In this document: positions 36,544 through 41,293 of the stretch, one piece after another | How the letters are laid out: the number at the start of each line of letters is the position of its first letter | Numbering within the stretch: position 1 is the stretch's first letter | From: Macrostomum lignano | Lineage: Eukaryota | Length of the DNA stretch: 41,293 nt | Direction: 5' to 3' | Assembly: GCA_002269645.1 (NCBI GenBank) | Contig: NIVC01003451.1 | Location: 1-41,293, forward strand | Notes under the pieces: model-generated | Database searches by the model: none | What the model was told of the DNA's origin: nothing | The model's input: the letters and a program-made list of their open reading frames with translations, nothing else | Program-made: the position numbers and the translations under genes

Positions 36544-36817
36544 CTGCAATTATTAGATATTTAAAAATTCGCCATCAACGTTGGTTACATTGATGTTTGT
36601 TTTTTCTGAAGCTCCAAAGTTGAGACGTTTACAGGTAGAATCCTAAAATTAGTGATCTGTTTTTTACCAGTACTCTCCTATGCGTCATAAAGAAGTAACT
36701 CAACTTAACTTAACTCAGCGGGTGAATTCAATTACGACTAACCATACACTGCTTTTGATCACATGCACTGGATTTACGAGCATTTAGAGCAAAATATTGG
36801 CATAAAGTATATCGTAC

Positions 36818-37421
36818 CAACAATGAGCGGCTTCTTAAACTCGGCCCGTGGATCCAGTACCTCTTTCGCAAGATAAATTATTAGCCTGTCCGCGTAGCCC
36901 ACGCTTTCGTGGAACGATCGACCCTGCTCTCGGTTGTAGGCCAGACTCGGAGGAGAGCCTCGCCAGCCTCGAGTTACCCAGTCGCAGCTGCCGCGCGAGT
37001 CAGACACCATGATGAAGCCTGAATCTCTGGTGCAACCTCCATAGTGGTTGCTGATGTAGAATTTTCGGCTAGCATCCCTTGCAAAGAAAAGTAGTTGAAC
37101 TCTTTCCGACTAATTGGATAAGGGTAAGATGAGTACAGTCTTAACAGCGAAACCAGTTCTCTTTGTCGAGCTTGTCAGTGTCGGTGGAAACATCGAATGC
37201 CACTTGAGAGACGACTTTATTGTCTTTGCGCATCTCGACGACCATCTTGGTCATTCCCGACTGCCTCACAGCTCGAGGAAGCTCGTCGATGAGATCGGAT
37301 CTGTAGACCGGAGGCAGAGATCCATCGGCAGGCATTTTGTAGTTTTGTTGATGTTTGAATGTCTCCAGAGCCTTCAACTGCACGTTCGGAACAATAGTGA
37401 ACAACAGCTGTTTGTCGTTTT
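36818..37421 (-). CDS. Tandem-domain protein exon (domain 1 in window), two 1-bp deletions
   Basis: Boundaries TTTAG|AA and GTT G|GTACG. 604 nt plus 2 = 606. The deletions are in an A4 run (~37150) and a G4 run (~37078) relative to the intact reading. No start codon is seen, so upstream exons probably lie outside the window. Confidence 0.8.
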
Positions 37422-37659
37422 CTAAATTGGAAAGTGATGCAGGTTTGAATATTTTTTACAGTGCTTATTTCTGGTGAATAAGTTTTGTTCACCTTAGTAA
37501 GTAATATTCGAGAATTTAATGGTTTTACATGCACCGATTCAATTTATTCGTAACCTCACACACAAATCTTTCCATTCGAGTAGAAATCAAGTTAAATACA
37601 GTAAAATCCGATACAATTCATACATAGAATTTGCAGCCAGTTAGCTTTGGAAGGTCAAA

Positions 37660-38832
37660 TTGCGCGCGGTGTACCAAGAGAGTGCATTGGTACCACCGTC
37701 ATCAAAGTTTGTTTTACGGGAAAAGTGAGTAGGAAGCGGGTGCAAGAATGGAAGAAGGGAGGTGGGTGGAAGTGCAAAGAATACGGCTCGTAGGCTGCGG
37801 ACGAAGCAAAGTGCGCCAGGAGCAGATGGATGGTGAACAGAGAGACGGATGTTGGTAACGCCGAGAAGGAGAGGGAAGAGGTCGGAAAGCAGCCCGGTTG
37901 GAACGTGTTACAGTGGAACTGCGGTCATCTACACGCTAAAAAACGGAGCTGGCCGGGCTGCTGGAGAAAAAAGAAATCGACATAGCGCTGCTTCAGGAAG
38001 CGAAAATAAGGATGGAAGATCCGCACCCGTACGTATCAGGGTTCAAGCTGCTGAAGCAAGACAGGCACAGAGAAGCAGGATGCTGGAGAGCGAGAGAAGT
38101 AGGACTGGCTGTCTACATTAGAGGTCTATGCTACAAGAAGCGGCAGGCCCCGGGGCGGGCTTGATGGAGGGCGGCTTGAAGCGATGGCGATGGAGGTCCA
38201 GAAGCTTGTGGAGAGATGCTGTGCGTGCTTAACTGCTACATGCCCCAAATGCGGATGGTAATTGGAAGGTAAGCGCTGAATAGAATGCTAGGGAGCGAGA
38301 GATGGCTAGTCGGTGGCGACACCAATGCCCACGACGAGGTGTGGGACGGTACAGAGGCTTGACAGTATGCTCAGGTGTAAGAAGGGCTCTACCAGGTGGA
38401 GGCTGGCGGAAGACAGAGGGAGCAGGCGTTTGAATAGGCCGAACTAGAACCGACTGGTTTTGGAGCTGATGAAGAAATGGGAGCAGAAGGTACCAAGATT
38501 CGCGGATGTGAAGAGGGTGATGTCCAGCAAGAAGTGGAGAGGAATTATGAGTAACATCCAGGCGGAAGGGGTTCGACCGGTCGAGACTGAGGAGTGCAAG
38601 TGTCTGATTTATGTCCCATTAGCAATTGGACATAAGCAAATGGGCATCGCTTGTATCAAGGAGGCCGGAGTTAAAGCGGATGTGATTAACTTTACGGATG
38701 GATCGGTTGACAGCGATGCCGCTGGTGTAGGTGGCATTGTCGTCAAGGGCAGAAGCATGGAGCTGACGTTAGAAAGGAGGAAAGTGCCCGGAGGCAAGCT
38801 CGCGTCTTCCACCAGAGCTGAAATGTACGCTT
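37660..38832 (+). mobile_element. Internally deleted non-LTR retrotransposon (PHD remnant, APE, RNase H N-half; no RT)
   Basis: VLQWNC...DIALLQEAK and GGDTNAHDEVW (APE), then within ~350 bp FTDGSVD...SSTRAEMYAL (RNase H). It is cut by the LTR at 38833. Confidence 0.75.
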
Positions 38833-39050
38833 TGTGGGCGTTAGGGTTAGTTGTGCGCCTGCCTAGCAGTCTATGGTTTGTGTGTACGCTTGGTGTCCCC
38901 CCTCCTATGTACGTATGGTGGGGTGGTTGTTGCGAGAGACTGAGCTAAATATAATATAAGGTATTGCACGCCTCTTAGTGAGCGATTAATTGTTGATTTT
39001 TTCTTGTTAGCTAAATTGACGGCCCTCAGACTTGTTCAATTTCTACAACA
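38833..39050 (+). mobile_element. 5' LTR of a BEL/Pao element
   Basis: Begins TGT exactly where the RNase H homology stops, ends ACA, and is directly followed by a PBS. Confidence 0.65.
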
Positions 39051-39062
39051 TGGCGCCCGAAC
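39051..39062 (+). promoter_or_regulatory. Primer-binding site TGGCGCCCGAAC
   Basis: 12-nt match to the complement of the tRNA-Lys(UUU) 3' end (TGGCGCCCGAACAGGGAC). Confidence 0.7.
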
Positions 39063-39134
39063 TGAAATCACAGTAAAGTGAAAGTATTGGCTCTATAGTG
39101 CTCCAGTGACTCAGCGATTTCTTATCAGTTCAGC

Positions 39135-41293
39135 ATGGATTCCAAAAAGCGTGGAGTTTTGAGAGCGAAGGTCACCAGATTGGCTCAGAAAGCCCTAAGA
39201 CCTGCTCAACTCAGAGGCTGCTGAGGATGACATCGACAGCGTACTGGAAGCCCTGCACCTCAAAAAGCAACAGCTGCTGGCAGCGGATGAAGAGCTGTCC
39301 GTTGAGATCGACGAGAAAATACTCCAATGGGAAGTGGAGAAGACGATGGAGTACGAGCTGTTGGCTGGGAAGATGATTTCGAGTCTCGCCAAGCGACTGC
39401 AGAGTCTTCAGGCCGAGCGAGAAAGCCGCATGCAGGCTAAAGAGCAACAGCAAACGAAAGAGTCAACTCCATCCACGTCACCGCGAGAGAATGCTGCTTT
39501 GACGACTACGCCAGCCATTAGGCTGCCCAAGCTGCCGCCAATAGCATTCAATGGAGATCGTACGCAATGGACTGCATTCTGGGACAGCTTCAGCTCCAGC
39601 ATCCACGACAACCCGAGCCTCAGCGTCGTCGACAAGTTTAGCTACCTGCAATCGTGCCTTTCAGAAGCCTAGAATTCGATCGCCGGCCTTAACATCACAG
39701 CCGAGAACTACAAGATCGCGATCGATAACCTGCAACGACGGTTCGGATCCTGGAGTGGAGCCGTGCGCGAGCATCTGGCGTAGTTCTCGGCGCTGACTTG
39801 TTCAGGTGCTTCAGTCCACCACCTCAGAAACTTCTACTATCAAGTCAACGGCAATGTCCGCAGCCTGGAGAATCTCGGGTGAGTGTTACTTCATACGAGA
39901 CTATGTTGCTGCCCAAGTTGCTAGCGAAGTTACCGGAAGTGGTCCGCCGCGGGATGCTTAGAACTGCCAGGATGGTTGCCGTACGGCCTTTCTATGGTGA
40001 CAGTCAGCTACAGGTGACGGATGAGAACAGCTTAGATTTGATTAAGGAATTCCTCAGTGTCTTGGACTTAGAAATCCTGGTTAGAGAAGAAGCTGTTCTC
40101 GGAGCAGGAGTTCAAGCAGCCAGTTCATCGAAGGCTTCCACGGTCGACAAGCAAACCAAGGAAGGCACGGTATCCGCTTTACAGACGAAGGCTACGAAGG
40201 CTACGAAGGTCGCCAGAGCCAGCAACGTGTGTCCTTTTGTGACGCTGAACATGCTCCGGAGAGTTGCAATCGACTGGTGGATGTGCCTTCTAGGCTTAAG
40301 TTCTTGAAAGAACAAAGACGCTGCTTCAATTGCCTCTCTAAAGGTCATGCCACAAAGACTTGTTATCAAAAGAAGCGGCGTGACGTCTGCAAGTTACAGC
40401 ATCATCCCAGTCTCTGCGCTGCGCGAGTAGAACGGCCACCGAGACCGACAGACAAGACGCCTAGTTGCACCTTCGATACGGCGGGTTCAGGGAAGAAGAA
40501 AGTCGAACAGTCGGCCGCTCAGAGTGTCAGAGCCACGAAGTAAAGACTATGGCGATGGTCACCAAGGCCCAGACAGTAGTTCTTCCTACTGCGGGAGCTG
40601 TACTAATTTCACAAGATGGCTGCAGTGAAACACGGGTTCGAATTCTCTTTGACTCTGGAGCAACCGTTTCTTCATCCCGTCGGGCGTAGCTGAGCGTATG
40701 GGACTCTGTGTGATCGGCAAAGAGACAATACAATGGAAGTGAGGACATTTGGAGGCACCGAGCCCAAGGTCTTACAAACGGAAAAGGTCGAGTTCCAACT
40801 TCGCAAGCTTGACAGCGTCACTCCCTTTACATTGCGCACCAGTACCCTACATCTGCTCTCATCAGCTAGTTGTCAACAGCTTGCGCAGCGATCACTTCCC
40901 ACATCTGGATCTGCAGACTGGGACATCGGCAGCGAGCAGCATCCAGAGATCAACATCCTCATAGGAGCTTACCAGTTCTATGACCTTGTCACAGGACAAG
41001 TGGATCGTTCTGAGAGCAGCACCGGGCTGGTTGCGGTAGCAGGTCAGCTTGGGTGGCTCCTGTGTGGCTCCTTGTCCGACGCCATTTCGGCAGGAGGACT
41101 GGAAGACAAAAAGAGCAAGTGCTTCTCTGCTGCACACACGGAGCCAACAAAGGCCTTGACAACTGTTCCATGGAGACGTTTTGGACGCTTGAAGCATTGC
41201 ATTACCAGCGCATCCGAACCCGAGCATCGGCCTTTCGAATTGGCACTCAATTCCAGGATGGGCGCTACTCAGTCAAGCTGCCGTGGAGGCTTA
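39135..41293 (+). mobile_element. BEL/Pao retrotransposon gag-protease relic, continues beyond the window
   Basis: LPKLPPIAFNGDRTQWTAFWDSF...DKFSYL (BEL/Pao gag), zinc knuckle RCFNCLSKGHATKTC, protease RILFDSGA, and GRYSVKLPW at the window end. It has multiple stops and frameshifts. Confidence 0.9.

Noticed and set aside
38841-38850. Telomeric TTAGGG repeat in the LTR
   Set aside because: Fewer than two units, which is expected by chance.

Overview
Eukaryotic (invertebrate) genomic DNA, repeat-rich. My low-confidence guess is a spiralian such as a free-living flatworm, from a long-read assembly. There are two host genes, both on the minus strand. (1) A Shal/Kv4 voltage-gated K+ channel gene: exons 18451-17347, 6376-6214, 5112-4876, 4631-4434 and possibly 747-664. 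Its introns carry a 79-copy 83-bp array, a ~53-copy 57-bp array, a GACA microsatellite and CORE-like tRNA SINEs. (2) The 3' part of a gene built from at least four phase-1/phase-1 exons (37421-32043), each encoding one ~190-200 aa copy of an uncharacterised Cys/Trp-containing domain. Between and inside the genes are decayed mobile elements: DD41D and mariner transposons, a THAP/P-element relic, stacked Ingi/I-like LINE fragments and a BEL/Pao LTR element. All six frame-breaking lesions I found in the two host genes are single-base deletions, which suggests sequencing error rather than pseudogenes. The most unusual signals are a sharply bounded ~5 kb CpG desert, with one transposon TIR showing one-way C:G>T:A hypermutation that includes non-CpG sites (RIP-like), and a ~99%-identical exon replacement tract inside the tandem-domain gene. 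All counts and alignments were done by eye.
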